From positions 3,919 through 67,918 of the forward strand of contig JAUYRJ010000081.1 in the NCBI GenBank assembly GCA_030696845.1: a stretch of DNA of 64,000 bases, given 5' to 3'. The DNA comes from Polynucleobacter sp. GTDB taxonomy: Bacteria; Pseudomonadota; Gammaproteobacteria; Burkholderiales; Burkholderiaceae. Position numbers and translations under genes: made by a program. Position 1 is the stretch's first letter; each line of letters opens with the position of its first letter. The notes below the pieces were generated by a model. The model did no database searches and was not told the DNA's origin. It saw nothing but the letters and a program-made list of their open reading frames with translations. Below, one piece after another: positions 11,349-22,280 of this stretch.

Positions 11349-12485
11349 TCAAGACTTTTTTAATACCACCTGAACCGCTTGCACCACCGCATTGACTGAA
11401 GGGATTGTTTTCATATCCCCCACATTGGCAATCGCCCTACTCCAATACCCTTCGGTCTTCCACCGCGGCGAATCGCAATAAATCTCCACGGTAGGCTTAC
11501 CCAATACCGCCGATAAATGGGTTAGGCCCGTATCCACGCCGACCGTGAGCGCAGCATGCGCCACTAAAGAATAAGCTTCCTCAATCGAAAACGCCCGGGG
11601 CACGATTGCCCCCGGAATTTGACTCGCTATCAAGGCGCTGACTTTCATCTCCGATTCGTTGCCCCAAGGCAGAATGACTTGATAGCCTTGGCGGGCCAAT
11701 TCTTTTCCTAGCTCTACCCAATGATCATTGGGCCAACGCTTCGCTGCCCGTGCCGTCGAATGAAAGCACACCACATAGGGCACTGGAGTGCCCTGTTCAG
11801 TCTTTTTAAGACCCTCAAATAGCAGTGGGGGCAATTGCTGTACAAAATCTTGCGGGTAAAAGCGTGGCGGCTCATCATTGCGATTGAGTAATGGCCAATC
11901 AAACGCGGAGCACATCACCCAGCGGGAGCGATCAATTGCATGGCACTTTACTGGAACATGAACGGATTCGGTATAAAACATTCTGGCCATAGGCTCATAA
12001 CCCGAATGTTCGGTTGCATTACCTAGGCCAGCAACCGCTGCAGTATCGGTTTTTTTAGCCAGCGCGCAAACTAAAGCGGATTTGAGTAAGCCTTGCGTTT
12101 CTAGAACAACATCATAAGTAGTTGTTTGTAATGCTTTGCGCATGGCAAAAAACTCACGCCAAGTGCGAAGACTAAATACGCTTTTGCGCCAACGCCGAAA
12201 GGCAACTGGGATAATGCGATCAATACCTCTAAAGGAATCTGTTGTTTTCAAGGGTTCTAGTAAATGCACATAGGCCTCTTCCACAATCCAATCGATCTGC
12301 GCATTGGGTAAGCACTTGCGTAAATCCCAGATAATCGGGAGGTTATGCAATACATCACCCAAAGAGGACAGCTTCACCAATAGTATTTTTGGCGGCTGAC
12401 TTGCTTGCGCTGTTTGCATTATTGCCGAAGCGCGGGTTTGGTGCGGACTGGTCATGCCCACATTATCGTATTGTTTGCTACCCAA
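11349..12485 (-). CDS. waaC: Lipopolysaccharide heptosyltransferase I (GT9)
   Basis: KILLVKLSSLGDVLH, IDWIVEE and VGVDTGLTHLSAVLGKPTV motifs. True start is probably an internal Met. Confidence 0.9.
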   Translation of the reverse strand: MGSKQYDNVGMTSPHQTRASAIMQTAQASQPPKILLVKLSSLGDVLHNLPIIWDLRKCLPNAQIDWIVEEAYVHLLEPLKTTDSFRGIDRIIPVAFRRWRKSVFSLRTWREFFAMRKALQTTTYDVVLETQGLLKSALVCALAKKTDTAAVAGLGNATEHSGYEPMARMFYTESVHVPVKCHAIDRSRWVMCSAFDWPLLNRNDEPPRFYPQDFVQQLPPLLFEGLKKTEQGTPVPYVVCFHSTARAAKRWPNDHWVELGKELARQGYQVILPWGNESEMKVSALIASQIPGAIVPRAFSIEEAYSLVAHAALTVGVDTGLTHLSAVLGKPTVEIYCDSPRWKTEGYWSRAIANVGDMKTIPSVNAVVQAVQVVLKKS

Positions 12486-12515
12486 CTCAGCGGTCCATTC
12501 ACCACCATGGGGAAA

Positions 12516-13088
12516 CTAAAAATTCGGCGCCTGATCCCAGGACAAGCCAGCTGCGTCTTTAGCATTGAGCAAAGCCTGCTTACCCAGCGGAATGGGCCAA
12601 TCAATCTTGACTGTGGGATCGCACCAGGACAAACAGGCTTCGCTTTGCGGGTCGTAGTAATCGGTCGTTTTGTATAAAAACTCGGCCGATTCCGATAACA
12701 CTAAAAAACCGTGGGCAAAACCGGGCGGCACCCAGAGCTGTTTGTGGTTTTCACTACTGAGCTCATCTCCCGCCCATTGACCAAAGGTAGCGGAGTCTTT
12801 TCTGAGATCAACTACTACATCAAATACCGAACCTGCTGTCACTCGAACTAATTTGCCTTGAGTATGCTTAAGCTGATAATGCATACCCCTTAGTGTCCAT
12901 TGCCGTGAAAAGGAATGGTTGTCTTGTACAAACTCCACATTAAGGCCGGTTGCCTTGGCAAAATCCTGAGCATTAAACGATTCAGTAAACCAACCCCGGT
13001 TATCGCCAAAGACCTTGGGTTCCACAATCAGAACCTCAGGAATTGCGGTCGGCGTGATTTTTAATTTAGGATTTAAATCGGCTGTCAT
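12516..13088 (-). CDS. rfbC: dTDP-4-dehydrorhamnose 3,5-epimerase
   Basis: FGDNRGWFTESFN, FVQDNHS and LWVPPGFAHGF motifs. Confidence 0.96.
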   Translation of the reverse strand: MTADLNPKLKITPTAIPEVLIVEPKVFGDNRGWFTESFNAQDFAKATGLNVEFVQDNHSFSRQWTLRGMHYQLKHTQGKLVRVTAGSVFDVVVDLRKDSATFGQWAGDELSSENHKQLWVPPGFAHGFLVLSESAEFLYKTTDYYDPQSEACLSWCDPTVKIDWPIPLGKQALLNAKDAAGLSWDQAPNF

Positions 13089-13102
13089 TGATTGACCTTT
13101 TC

Positions 13103-14041
13103 TTATCTTTTGCTTGACAGGCTAATGGGCTGCGCGCTGGTATTAAGCTCATTCAGTATTTTTGTTAAATACTGACCATAACTGTTTTTACTCAATTGGC
13201 TTGCTACTTTTTCAACTGCCTCTGCACTAATCCAGCCTTGACGGTAAGCAATTTCTTCGGGGCAAGCCACCATCAATCCTTGGCGCTTTTGCAGCGTAGC
13301 GATAAAGCCTGCGGCATCGAGTAAGGAATCGTGGGTGCCCGTATCCAGCCAGGCAAAGCCACGACCCATGATTTCCACGCTGAGTTCGTTCTTGTTTAGG
13401 TAGGCGCGATTCACATCCGTTATTTCGAACTCGCCCCGAGCGCTCGGCTTAATTGAAGCTGCAATATCGCACACCTGATTGTCATAAAAATAGAGGCCCG
13501 TTACCGCATAGTTACTGCGGGGCTTAAGGGGCTTTTCTTCGATGGATAGGGCTTTGTAATCTTTGTCGAATTCCACCACGCCGTAACGCTCGGGATCGGT
13601 AACATGATAGGCAAATACAGTGGCGCCACTAACTCGATCATTAGCGCTGTTTAATTGTTCTACTAGTTCATGGCCATAAAAAATATTATCGCCTAGTACC
13701 AAGGCGCTGGGGTGATTGCCTACAAAGGATTTACCCAAAGTAAAGGCTTGTGCCAAACCATCGGGTGATGGCTGCACGCAATACTCGATATTTAAACCCC
13801 ACTGCGAACCATCGCCCAGCAATTCAGAGAAGCGCGGCATATCGTGCGGCGTGGAAATCAACAAAATATCCCGAATACCTGCCAACATTAATGTACTTAA
13901 TGGGTAATAAACCATGGGCTTGTCGTACACCGGCATCAACTGCTTAGAAACCGCTTGCGTCACGGGATACAAACGGGTACCCGAGCCCCCGGCCAAGATA
14001 ATACCTTTGCGCTTCATCGAGTTCGTTTGATTTGCTGCCAT
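13103..14041 (-). CDS. rfbA: Glucose-1-phosphate thymidylyltransferase
   Basis: [15 protein letters not shown] and [11 protein letters not shown] motifs. Start at 14041 or 14017; the ORF-track extension overlaps rfbD. Confidence 0.96.
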   Translation of the reverse strand: MAANQTNSMKRKGIILAGGSGTRLYPVTQAVSKQLMPVYDKPMVYYPLSTLMLAGIRDILLISTPHDMPRFSELLGDGSQWGLNIEYCVQPSPDGLAQAFTLGKSFVGNHPSALVLGDNIFYGHELVEQLNSANDRVSGATVFAYHVTDPERYGVVEFDKDYKALSIEEKPLKPRSNYAVTGLYFYDNQVCDIAASIKPSARGEFEITDVNRAYLNKNELSVEIMGRGFAWLDTGTHDSLLDAAGFIATLQKRQGLMVACPEEIAYRQGWISAEAVEKVASQLSKNSYGQYLTKILNELNTSAQPISLSSKR

Positions 14042-14081
14042 GGATATGCCCTTGAGTGCCTTTAAATACTGATCAATGCGT

Positions 14082-15089
14082 TTAAATGATTTTTCGGTGC
14101 GCCAAGTCTTGCACGTAGGCCGCAACTTGCGACTCCCAAGACTCCTGTAATAGCTGTGATTTTGTCACATTGCCTGAGCCACCTAGCGAATCAATAAGGG
14201 CTGCCTCTAAGACACCTCTTGCCATACGGGAGTTCATGGGCCTAGGGGCTGGTAAGGGATAATCTGTTGCAGGGATTGCCTCAATTACTTCTGGGCGCAG
14301 CTTTAGCACTGCCCCTGCATCGATTGCCGTCTGAACTGCGAAGCACGCCAAGGCATGCCAAGTGGTATCCCCTAGTGGCACTGCATGGTAAATGCCGGAC
14401 GGAAAAGGCTTTAACTGATTGCGCTCATCCAAGACTAAAGCCAAACTGACTTTAGCTAGCCAAGTAGCACTCGTTGGCACTCCATATTGATCCGCAATCA
14501 CTTTAAGCGTGTCGCACTCTTTAGCTAAACGCAAAATCGTGCGAATGAAATTTCCCCCATCGCCATACACCCAACTGGTGCGAAGGATAGCATATTGCCT
14601 TTTTAAGACAGGATTATTTGTACCATTTAATTGGGTAGCACTCTCTTGATTGCTATTAAAGACCTTCTCAATCGCTTCTTCCCCGGCTGCTTTACTTTTG
14701 CCGTAAACACCCAATGGGTTGCGCGTATCGCTCTCTACATAGGGGGTTTTCTTACTGCCATCAAACACGTAGTCGGTGGAGTAATGCAAGAAAGTAGCGC
14801 CATGGTGTTTCGCATAGATGGCCGTTACCTCTGGGGCTTTGGCATTAATGGCATAAGCTAAAGCGACTTCGGTTTCTGCTTTATCTACTGCCGTGTATGC
14901 AGCGGCATTAATAATCAAGTTTGGCTTTAACTCATCCAAAAGGGCTGTAATTGCATTGGCATTACTGAGATCGCATTCTGCACGGCCAACATAGGTGATG
15001 CGGTGCAATTCATCCAGCTTACTCACATCAAAGACAGCTTTAAAAGCCTTGCCCAGCTGGCCGTCTTTACCAAAAATGAGAATGTTCAT
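14082..15089 (-). CDS. rfbD: dTDP-4-dehydrorhamnose reductase
   Basis: [23 protein letters not shown] and YGKSKAAGE motifs. Confidence 0.95.
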   Translation of the reverse strand: MNILIFGKDGQLGKAFKAVFDVSKLDELHRITYVGRAECDLSNANAITALLDELKPNLIINAAAYTAVDKAETEVALAYAINAKAPEVTAIYAKHHGATFLHYSTDYVFDGSKKTPYVESDTRNPLGVYGKSKAAGEEAIEKVFNSNQESATQLNGTNNPVLKRQYAILRTSWVYGDGGNFIRTILRLAKECDTLKVIADQYGVPTSATWLAKVSLALVLDERNQLKPFPSGIYHAVPLGDTTWHALACFAVQTAIDAGAVLKLRPEVIEAIPATDYPLPAPRPMNSRMARGVLEAALIDSLGGSGNVTKSQLLQESWESQVAAYVQDLAHRKII

Positions 15090-15114
15090 CCGGGCAGTCT
15101 ATGTGGCTGTGAGA

Positions 15115-16173
15115 TTAGCTGTATTGCTTCTGTAACCACTCACGATACGACCCACTGACCACACCCTCAACCCATGCTGGGTTTTCTAAATACCATTGCA
15201 CTGTTTTTTTAATGCCGGTATCAAAGGTTTCCGCAGGACGCCAGCCGAGCTCCCGCTCTACTTTACTAGCATCAATCGCGTAACGGCGATCGTGTCCGGG
15301 ACGATCTTTTACAAAGGTAATTTGCTCAGCATACGATTTACCATCTGCTCTGGGTTTGAGTTCATCCAAGATCTGGCAAATGGTTTTGACCACCTCGATA
15401 TTGGCTTTTTCATTCCAACCACCAATGTTGTAGGTCTCACCCAACTTGCCATTAGCCAGCACTTCGCGTATCGCGGAGCAGTGGTCACCCACGTAGAGCC
15501 AATCGCGTACTTGCTGCCCATCACCATAGATGGGAAGTGCTTTGTTGTTTAAGGCATTCAAAATAACTAAGGGAATGAGCTTTTCTGGAAAGTGATACGG
15601 CCCGTAGTTATTCGAGCAATTGGTAGTCACCACCGGAAAGCCATAGGTATGAAACCAGGCCCGCACTAAGTGATCTGATGCAGCCTTGGAAGCGGAATAG
15701 GGACTGTTCGGCTCATAAGGATGAGTCTCGGTAAATGCAGGCGCAGTACTAGAGAGCGAGCCATAGACCTCATCGGTAGAAACATGATGAAAGCGAAATG
15801 CCTTCTTTTTCGCCTCTTCGAGCCCATTCCAATACTCACGAGCACACTCGAGTAAATTAAATGCCCCAACAATATTGGTTTGCACAAACTCGGCCGGGCC
15901 ATGAATCGAGCGATCGACATGGCTCTCGGCAGCAAAGTTCACAATCGCTCTGGGTTGATACTCTTTTAATAATTTAGTAACCAGTTCTTTATCGCCAATA
16001 TCGCCATGAACAAAAACATGGCGAGGGTCTTTTTTAAGGGATTCAAGGGTGGCTAAATTACCGGCATAAGTTAATTTATCTAAATTGATAATGCCTTCGG
16101 TATTTGGGTCTTTAAGCCAATCGAGGACAAAATTACCGCCAATAAAGCCTGCGCCGCCTGTTACCAGAATCAT
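15115..16173 (-). CDS. rfbB: dTDP-glucose 4,6-dehydratase
   Basis: [20 protein letters not shown] and YSASKAASD motifs. Confidence 0.97.
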   Translation of the reverse strand: MILVTGGAGFIGGNFVLDWLKDPNTEGIINLDKLTYAGNLATLESLKKDPRHVFVHGDIGDKELVTKLLKEYQPRAIVNFAAESHVDRSIHGPAEFVQTNIVGAFNLLECAREYWNGLEEAKKKAFRFHHVSTDEVYGSLSSTAPAFTETHPYEPNSPYSASKAASDHLVRAWFHTYGFPVVTTNCSNNYGPYHFPEKLIPLVILNALNNKALPIYGDGQQVRDWLYVGDHCSAIREVLANGKLGETYNIGGWNEKANIEVVKTICQILDELKPRADGKSYAEQITFVKDRPGHDRRYAIDASKVERELGWRPAETFDTGIKKTVQWYLENPAWVEGVVSGSYREWLQKQYS

Positions 16174-16286
16174 TTTTTACCTTATTTTGAAGAATCTAAT
16201 GTTCTCTTCATTAAATGTAATATGACTTATGTACTATTCTTATCATGACAGGTTTCATCATGTTTCATAAAAATCAGTAATTTTAC

Positions 16287-17186
16287 TTACAAGTAACTTT
16301 GCAAATAACGCCCAAAGCGCTTGATGCGCTTGAGCAATACCGATAATGCACCTTTATCACTGGCGCCCAAACTCATCTCGGATTCCCAATTGGATTGGTA
16401 AATGACGCCCATGTAATTTTGCTTGAGCTTTTCGGTTGTTTCGCCCAGACGCTTGTATAAGTAATATTGCCAGTCGTAATGGTAAATCCGAAAGAGGGGT
16501 TCAATTGCCCTGACTGGTATCGCTTGGTACTTTAATAGTGCCTCACCATACAGTAATGTCTCAGGATGCTCTGGGGTGACCGCATCCCACAGGGTGATGC
16601 CCTTGGGCATTAAGTAGCCTTGATCAAACGACTGCCATACCTTGCTAGACCAAATGAAGGGCGCAGGCGCGCAATAATACCTAGGGCCAATACGGCCAAA
16701 CAAGGCTTGAACCCGCTCTGCCTCGGCGCGTAAATCACGCTCTACCTTCAGATGACCTCGATTGCTTGCCATCTGAAATAAATCTTTGTTTTGATGGAGT
16801 ACGGTATAAGGATCGCCATCGGGCGCTAAAAAATCATCCTTAGCGAAGTCACGAATAAAAATACTATCGGAATCAATACACAGATAATTTGCTGCTATAC
16901 CAAGACGCCAAAACTCCGACTTGATAATGGCCTGGGCAAGGCCTCCCGGAACACCGTGAGTAGCCGCCAACGATACTCTCGGATTAGCCGCAACAATCGA
17001 TTCATCGGACACCCAGTGATAGCCCGCACTACCCACTACCTGAATCAGTAACTCCTGGTCGGCCTGGGGTGTCGAGACGTAAAACGGAATCGCATCTTGA
17101 TTAAATTGCTGTATCGAAGCCAGCAAACGCTTGAGGCGCAAGAAGTCCTTACGGTAGGATTTGCAATAGAGGACGATGTCGTTCAA
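16287..17186 (-). CDS. Uncharacterised protein (DUF6492-like, possibly GT-A-fold)
   Basis: Long clean ORF starting MNDIVLYCKSY..DF.RL.RL..SI, with a DxD-like LCIDSDSIF motif. The family name is from recall. Confidence 0.6.
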   Translation of the reverse strand: MNDIVLYCKSYRKDFLRLKRLLASIQQFNQDAIPFYVSTPQADQELLIQVVGSAGYHWVSDESIVAANPRVSLAATHGVPGGLAQAIIKSEFWRLGIAANYLCIDSDSIFIRDFAKDDFLAPDGDPYTVLHQNKDLFQMASNRGHLKVERDLRAEAERVQALFGRIGPRYYCAPAPFIWSSKVWQSFDQGYLMPKGITLWDAVTPEHPETLLYGEALLKYQAIPVRAIEPLFRIYHYDWQYYLYKRLGETTEKLKQNYMGVIYQSNWESEMSLGASDKGALSVLLKRIKRFGRYLQSYL

Positions 17187-17232
17187 ATGAGTGTCTTTAC
17201 ATTAATCTGAGGTAGTTTTAGGCTTTAGTGCC

Positions 17233-18648
17233 TTAATGTACCAAATTGAGTATTTGCCGTGCAGCCTGATCCACCCCAATCGGCTTCCAAAGAAGTGGTT
17301 TGAGCTTCTTCTGTTGCCAGTCTAGCCAAATCTGCTCTAAGGTCTGATCGATGGCCGCATCATCGCCCGCGGTACTAATGTAGGCATTGCGCTCTGCAAG
17401 CAGCCCATTCATCTGGGGATTGCGGTGGGTGATGGCCCAAATGGGTCTGCCCATCCAAAAGTACTCGTACATCTTGGATGGAATGTACTCAGCGCACCAC
17501 TCGTCATTGCCATGCAGTAATAAGAGCACATCGGCAGCCTGCATGCGCTCGGCAATGCGCTCGCGCCCCGATTTACCCGTAATGGGATCTTTTTCAATGC
17601 GTCCGTGCTCGATCACCAGATCCGCAAAGCCGAGTTTGGCAATGGCATTCTCTGTTAAGGCATCGATCTTCGCACCATAGACATGGACTTGAATCGCATG
17701 TCTGGCCTCAGGGTATTGTTTAAAGAGGCTTGGCAAGCGATTCAGAATCGTAGAAATCGAGCGGTCTTTCGCTAAAGAGCCAAAATGGCTGATCACCAAA
17801 TGCGATCCATACGCATGGGAGTGCGTTTCTTCTGGTCTTAGTTTTTGCTCTGTTTTTTGCTCTGTTTTTTGCTCTGCTGGCTGGACTGCTGGGTTTATTT
17901 CTCCTTTAGCGCCCGGCGGCTCCGCCCCCGGAATGATCATGACGCCTTTGGCATTGCCGGGCGTATTGAGATTGGGATTGCGAATTGTGGCGTAATGCAC
18001 CGCGCCATCGGTAAACCACCAGGCTAAGTCGGCATGCTTGCAGATTTGCTTTTCTAGCCACTGCTTGATGCGCGCATCGCGGTTCTTGGGTTTTGCAAAG
18101 CCTTGATCTTCTGGGCTACTACGGATCACCATCGGGTCATGAATCTCAACCATCCAATAGATGCCCGTCGTCTTTTTCAGCCACAGCCCTGCCAGCATCG
18201 CCGACCACGCGCCCGCAGTGGAATACACCAAATCCACTTGTTTATTCTGAATCAGCTTTCTGCCATGCAAATAGGCAGGCATAGACCACGACCACTGACT
18301 GGAGTACCCGAGCAGTAGCTTTTCTAAAGCGATGAAGGGTGCTAGCAAAATCGATACGGCTCTCGTTACTACTTTGTAGAGCAAACCTCTTCCGTATTGA
18401 TTGGCGATCCAATGCCGAAAGTCAAACCGAAAGGCTGCTGGTCCCCACGCTAAAAATTGCCGGTGCGTAAAGCGCGTGTCTTTGATTCCGGTAATCGAGC
18501 TAAAAACAGTAAGCTCAATACCTGCATCTAAAAAATAGGGAATCTTATCGGTGATGGTTTGGCTCGCCGCCCTGCCATCCATATTAAAACCATGCGACAA
18601 AATCAACCAGCGCGACTTGCTGGTGATCTGAGGTAGTGGGGCTGTCAC
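17233..18648 (-). CDS. Glycosyltransferase, GT-B fold (GT4-like)
   Basis: C-terminal ADVLLLLHG...YIPSKMYEYFWMGRPIWA motif and LPS-locus context. Confidence 0.75.
   Translation of the reverse strand: MTAPLPQITSKSRWLILSHGFNMDGRAASQTITDKIPYFLDAGIELTVFSSITGIKDTRFTHRQFLAWGPAAFRFDFRHWIANQYGRGLLYKVVTRAVSILLAPFIALEKLLLGYSSQWSWSMPAYLHGRKLIQNKQVDLVYSTAGAWSAMLAGLWLKKTTGIYWMVEIHDPMVIRSSPEDQGFAKPKNRDARIKQWLEKQICKHADLAWWFTDGAVHYATIRNPNLNTPGNAKGVMIIPGAEPPGAKGEINPAVQPAEQKTEQKTEQKLRPEETHSHAYGSHLVISHFGSLAKDRSISTILNRLPSLFKQYPEARHAIQVHVYGAKIDALTENAIAKLGFADLVIEHGRIEKDPITGKSGRERIAERMQAADVLLLLHGNDEWCAEYIPSKMYEYFWMGRPIWAITHRNPQMNGLLAERNAYISTAGDDAAIDQTLEQIWLDWQQKKLKPLLWKPIGVDQAARQILNLVH
17841..17876 (-). repeat. 12-bp in-frame tandem repeat x3 encoding EQKT-EQKT-EQKL
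   Basis: (T)TTTTTGCTCTG repeated three times on +. Confidence 0.9.
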
Positions 18649-18689
18649 AGTTTTAATCGTTTATTGATTTATTGTTGATGCGTTCAGTT

Positions 18690-19676
18690 TTAATTGCCCG
18701 CCACAATCGACATGACTGCCATACGCACCGCGATACCAAAGGTCACTTGTTTCAGAATGACCGATTGCGCGCCATCAGCTACTTTGGAGTCAATCTCGAC
18801 ACCGCGGTTCATGGGGCCGGGGTGCATCACAATCGCATCGGGCTTGGCTAAGGCTAAGCGCTCTGGTGTTAAGCCAAACTGCCGAAAGAAGGCATCTCCT
18901 TCTGGTACCTTACCGGCTTCCATGCGCTCCTTCTGAATACGCAACGTCATCACGACGTCGACGCCGCGCAAGCCCTCTTCCATGCTGTGAAAGACCTTCA
19001 CGCCCAGCATATCCAAATCATTGGGTAATAAGCTCTCTGGGCCAATCGCGCGGATATCGGTACAGCCTAGCGCCGTGAGCGCATGAATATTCGACTTAGC
19101 TACGCGGCTATGCACAATGTCGCCGACGATGGCTACTTTGAGCTTGCTAAAGTCCTGCTTAAAGTGGCGCATGGTGAACATATCCAGTAAACCCTGCGTG
19201 GGGTGCTGATGACTGCCATCGCCCGCATTAATCACGTGCACATAGGACGGTACGTGGTTGGCAATCTCAATCGGGGCACGGGAAACGCTGTGGCGCACTA
19301 CAAAAATATCAGCCTGCATTGCAATCAGGTTATCGATCGTATCGATCAGGCTCTCCCCTTTATTGGTCGACGAGGTGGAGATATCCAAATTAATCACATC
19401 CGCCGATAAACGCTTGGCGGCAATCTCAAAGGTGGTACGTGTGCGGGTAGAGTTTTCAAAAAAGAGATTGAAGACACTTTTGCCCCGCAGGAGTGGCACT
19501 TTTTTTACTTCACGCGCTGGATCCGTCACGCTCACAAACTGCTGGGCGGTATCCAGAATATGCAAAATTTGCTCTTTGGGCATACCCTCTAGGGTCAGTA
19601 AATGCGTGAGCTCGCCCGCCTCATTGAACTGATTGGTTTGATTGGCTTGCTTGGTCTGATTCGTTTCGATGCTCAT
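18690..19676 (-). CDS. pyrB: Aspartate carbamoyltransferase catalytic subunit
   Basis: [21 protein letters not shown] and MHPGPMNRG motifs. Confidence 0.97.
   Translation of the reverse strand: MSIETNQTKQANQTNQFNEAGELTHLLTLEGMPKEQILHILDTAQQFVSVTDPAREVKKVPLLRGKSVFNLFFENSTRTRTTFEIAAKRLSADVINLDISTSSTNKGESLIDTIDNLIAMQADIFVVRHSVSRAPIEIANHVPSYVHVINAGDGSHQHPTQGLLDMFTMRHFKQDFSKLKVAIVGDIVHSRVAKSNIHALTALGCTDIRAIGPESLLPNDLDMLGVKVFHSMEEGLRGVDVVMTLRIQKERMEAGKVPEGDAFFRQFGLTPERLALAKPDAIVMHPGPMNRGVEIDSKVADGAQSVILKQVTFGIAVRMAVMSIVAGN
19631..19666 (-). repeat. Degenerate 9-bp tandem repeat x4 in the pyrB N-terminus ([13 protein letters not shown] region)
   Basis: GATTGGTTT GATTGGCTT GCTTGGTCT GATTCGTTT on +. 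Confidence 0.75.
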
Positions 19677-20227
19677 GCTCGCTCCTCCAGAACAAAGCGG
19701 AATGTGTATTGCGCAATATCGGCATTGGCGTTGGCTTCGGCTTTGGAATCAGCATCTGCACTGATTTTTTCCAGCGCCAGTATTTGATCTTCTGGCACGC
19801 TGACGTGCTCACCGACAAAATCAGCAGCAATAGGTAACTCCCGCTTACCGCGATCGGCGAGCACCATGAGCTCTACCGATGCCGGCCGGCCAAAATCAAA
19901 CAATTCATTTAAGGCGGCGCGTACGGTTCTGCCCGTCAGCAAGACGTCATCGATCAATACCATGTGCGCGCCTGCCACCTCAAATGGCAAATGGGTTGCC
20001 ATGCTGTCTGCCGAGCGCATCGCAGCTAGCCCTTTTTCCGCATAATCATCCCGATGAAAAGCCACATTAATCACGCCATAGTGCGGCAGACCTAAATCGC
20101 GCGCTAAGCGCTCGGCAATCCAAGCGCCGCCAATCGCTAAACCGGCAAGTAGCAGTGGCGAATTGGCTTTGGCCATTCGGGTTTGCAGATGGGCTAACAG
20201 CTTTTTGTACAGTAACTCGGCGTCCAT
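19673..20227 (-). CDS. pyrR: Bifunctional pyrimidine regulator PyrR / uracil phosphoribosyltransferase
   Basis: [23 protein letters not shown] and [15 protein letters not shown] motifs. Confidence 0.93.
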   Translation of the reverse strand: MDAELLYKKLLAHLQTRMAKANSPLLLAGLAIGGAWIAERLARDLGLPHYGVINVAFHRDDYAEKGLAAMRSADSMATHLPFEVAGAHMVLIDDVLLTGRTVRAALNELFDFGRPASVELMVLADRGKRELPIAADFVGEHVSVPEDQILALEKISADADSKAEANANADIAQYTFRFVLEERA

Positions 20228-20498
20228 CTTGGTGTCCTGAAAGGGTTTATCTCGTGTGCTTAAGCGCTGGTTTGCAACTTCTTGCCGATTTTTATATCGC
20301 TCTGCTGCATTTCAGCGTCAGCACATCTGTGCATTGATTCGTATTTTATTGTGCTGGGCGTATTGGAGGCTGTTTTTTGTATGCGCGACACTAAAAGCAC
20401 CGTAATAGCGGCTAAGCAAAAGGGTGTTCTGGCTTTGGTATGGATAGGGTTGGTATTGTGCGATTGCGTCATCAACCCACTGAGAGCCTGAATACCGT

Positions 20499-20524
20499 TT
20501 TATTCGGCAATAAATGTGATTTAT
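20499..20524. promoter_or_regulatory. Two overlapping short inverted repeats upstream of the HTH-HipA operon; possible autoregulatory operator
   Basis: TTTATT-CGGC-AATAAA (20499-20514) and ATAAAT-GTG-ATTTAT (20510-20524). AT-rich, so it could be chance. Confidence 0.35.
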
Positions 20525-20563
20525 ATATAACTTTTATTGCATTTATATGATAATATGTTATGT

Positions 20564-20818
20564 ATGACTAACAATATTTTTAATCTTCGTGAGTTAGGGC
20601 AGACCATTCGCTCAGAGCGGAAAGCACTGGGCATCACTCAAGCTGAACTAGCTAAAAAAGCTGGCCTACGGCGTGAGACCATCATTCAGTTAGAGGCAGG
20701 TGAAAATATCAGCGCCCATACCCTCCTTCAAGCCTGCACTTCCCTGGGGAAGTGTTTGCGTATTGACGATGTACGCCTAGATTACGACCGCTTAAGGGAG
20801 ACCTTCGATGAAGTCTGA
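20564..20818 (+). CDS. XRE-family HTH protein (HipB-like antitoxin)
   Basis: LGQTIRSERKALGITQAELAKKAGLRRETIIQLEAG HTH_3 pattern. Overlaps the hipA-like start; start placed at MTNNIF. Confidence 0.85.
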   Translation: MTNNIFNLRELGQTIRSERKALGITQAELAKKAGLRRETIIQLEAGENISAHTLLQACTSLGKCLRIDDVRLDYDRLRETFDEV

Positions 20819-22004
20819 TCGCGTACGGCGTCTTCACATCAGCACCCCGCAAGGCCATTCAGGTGAACTGACCAAGGAAGCGCGCTTTACATTTAACTAC
20901 CAAACCACCGAGCGCAAAGCAGAAGCCTCTCTCGTATTGCCCATTCGGGCTGAGAGCTACTCTAGCGGCGGGCTATTCTCCATATTTCAGATGAATAAGC
21001 CCGAGGGCTATTTATTGGACTACCTAAAAACACGATTCTCCAAGTCACTTTACCTTGATGACATGATGCTCCTCAAGCTAACGGGAGCGAACCAAATTGG
21101 GCGCTTGCAATACCGCGATCCAAATGAGCTCGAAATCCCTTCCAGCAAAGCCATCGTCTCCAAAGAAGAAATCCTGTCCTCCAAGGCATCCGAAGAATTG
21201 TTTGCGTTTTTAGTAGATCGCTATTTTGACTCTGGCATTTCCGGGTTTCAGCCGAAAGTGATCGCCCCTATAAGTGATCGAACAGCCGTATCGACTTCGC
21301 AATACATTATCAAAGCGGCGGGTGACGACTATCCCCATCTCGCTCAAAATGAGTTTATGTGCATGGAAGTGGCTCGCCGAGCCGGTATTCGCGTGCCTGA
21401 ATTTGAACTATCGGAGAATGGCGAACTATTCATCATGAAGCGCTTTGATATTAGCGCTGGCGGTGAACGTCTTGGGCTGGAAGACATGGCCGTTCTCATG
21501 GGCAAGACAACCGATGAAAAGTACCAAGGCAGTTATGAAGGAATTACAAAAGCAATCGATACCTTTTGCAAATCAAATGCTACTGAAAGCAAAGCCCGGT
21601 TATTTGAATACATTGCTTTATCGGTATTGCTACGCAATGGGGACGCCCATCTAAAAAACTTCTCGCTACTTTATGAGACTCCTGAGGACGCGATTACACT
21701 CTCGCCACTGTACGATGTTGTGACAACCTCGATCTACGAAATACAAAACCCACGAACAGGGGCAACCAAAGTCGACAATACGATGGCTTTAAATATGTTC
21801 AAAACAAAGCGCTACCCCAGTATTGCTCAGTTAATTGAATTTGGAAAAACAATCTGTATGCTCACGCATCCGCAGGATGTGATTGAGCGTATTGAAGAAA
21901 TGAAATTAGAGACTCTAAAAATGTATTCTGAGCGCATGGATAGTAAGCTGATTAGCAAGCTTACAAATGCATGGAACATTGCAGGTGGCACAGGATATAG
22001 CTAA
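20808..22004 (+). CDS. HipA-family serine/threonine kinase toxin
   Basis: P-loop SISGFQPK, catalytic RNGDAHLKNFS and Mg-binding LSPLYDV motifs, plus an N-terminal HipA_N-like region. Confidence 0.92.
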   Translation: MKSDRVRRLHISTPQGHSGELTKEARFTFNYQTTERKAEASLVLPIRAESYSSGGLFSIFQMNKPEGYLLDYLKTRFSKSLYLDDMMLLKLTGANQIGRLQYRDPNELEIPSSKAIVSKEEILSSKASEELFAFLVDRYFDSGISGFQPKVIAPISDRTAVSTSQYIIKAAGDDYPHLAQNEFMCMEVARRAGIRVPEFELSENGELFIMKRFDISAGGERLGLEDMAVLMGKTTDEKYQGSYEGITKAIDTFCKSNATESKARLFEYIALSVLLRNGDAHLKNFSLLYETPEDAITLSPLYDVVTTSIYEIQNPRTGATKVDNTMALNMFKTKRYPSIAQLIEFGKTICMLTHPQDVIERIEEMKLETLKMYSERMDSKLISKLTNAWNIAGGTGYS

Positions 22005-22280
22005 GCAATAGTAAGTTGCAGGTCTACAAACAGCATGATTGAACCTAGCATTTGGCCCACTAATACAAAGGGCTAACTACTTCCACAGTTGGCCGTTTTT
22101 CTTTAAACGTCGTTGTTTACATCGAGCAGATCGAAAATGCATCTTCTCTTTTCGCAGGAAGAAGGTTCCGAGAAATATCCTTTCTCATTGTGGACACCGG
22201 GAGCCTACAAATTTCGTTTATTTCTCAATCAAGTCGACGGTAGGCTCGGTCGGGAGGTTGCCTGCCTAGGTCCTATGTAA

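Noticed and set aside
20260-20491. Overlapping short ORFs 20260..20475 (-) and 20282..20491 (+)
   Set aside because: No recognisable motif or convincing RBS; cannot be supported as genes.
22039-22269. 76-aa ORF downstream of hipA
   Set aside because: No family motif; more likely part of the decayed region upstream of the remnant gene.
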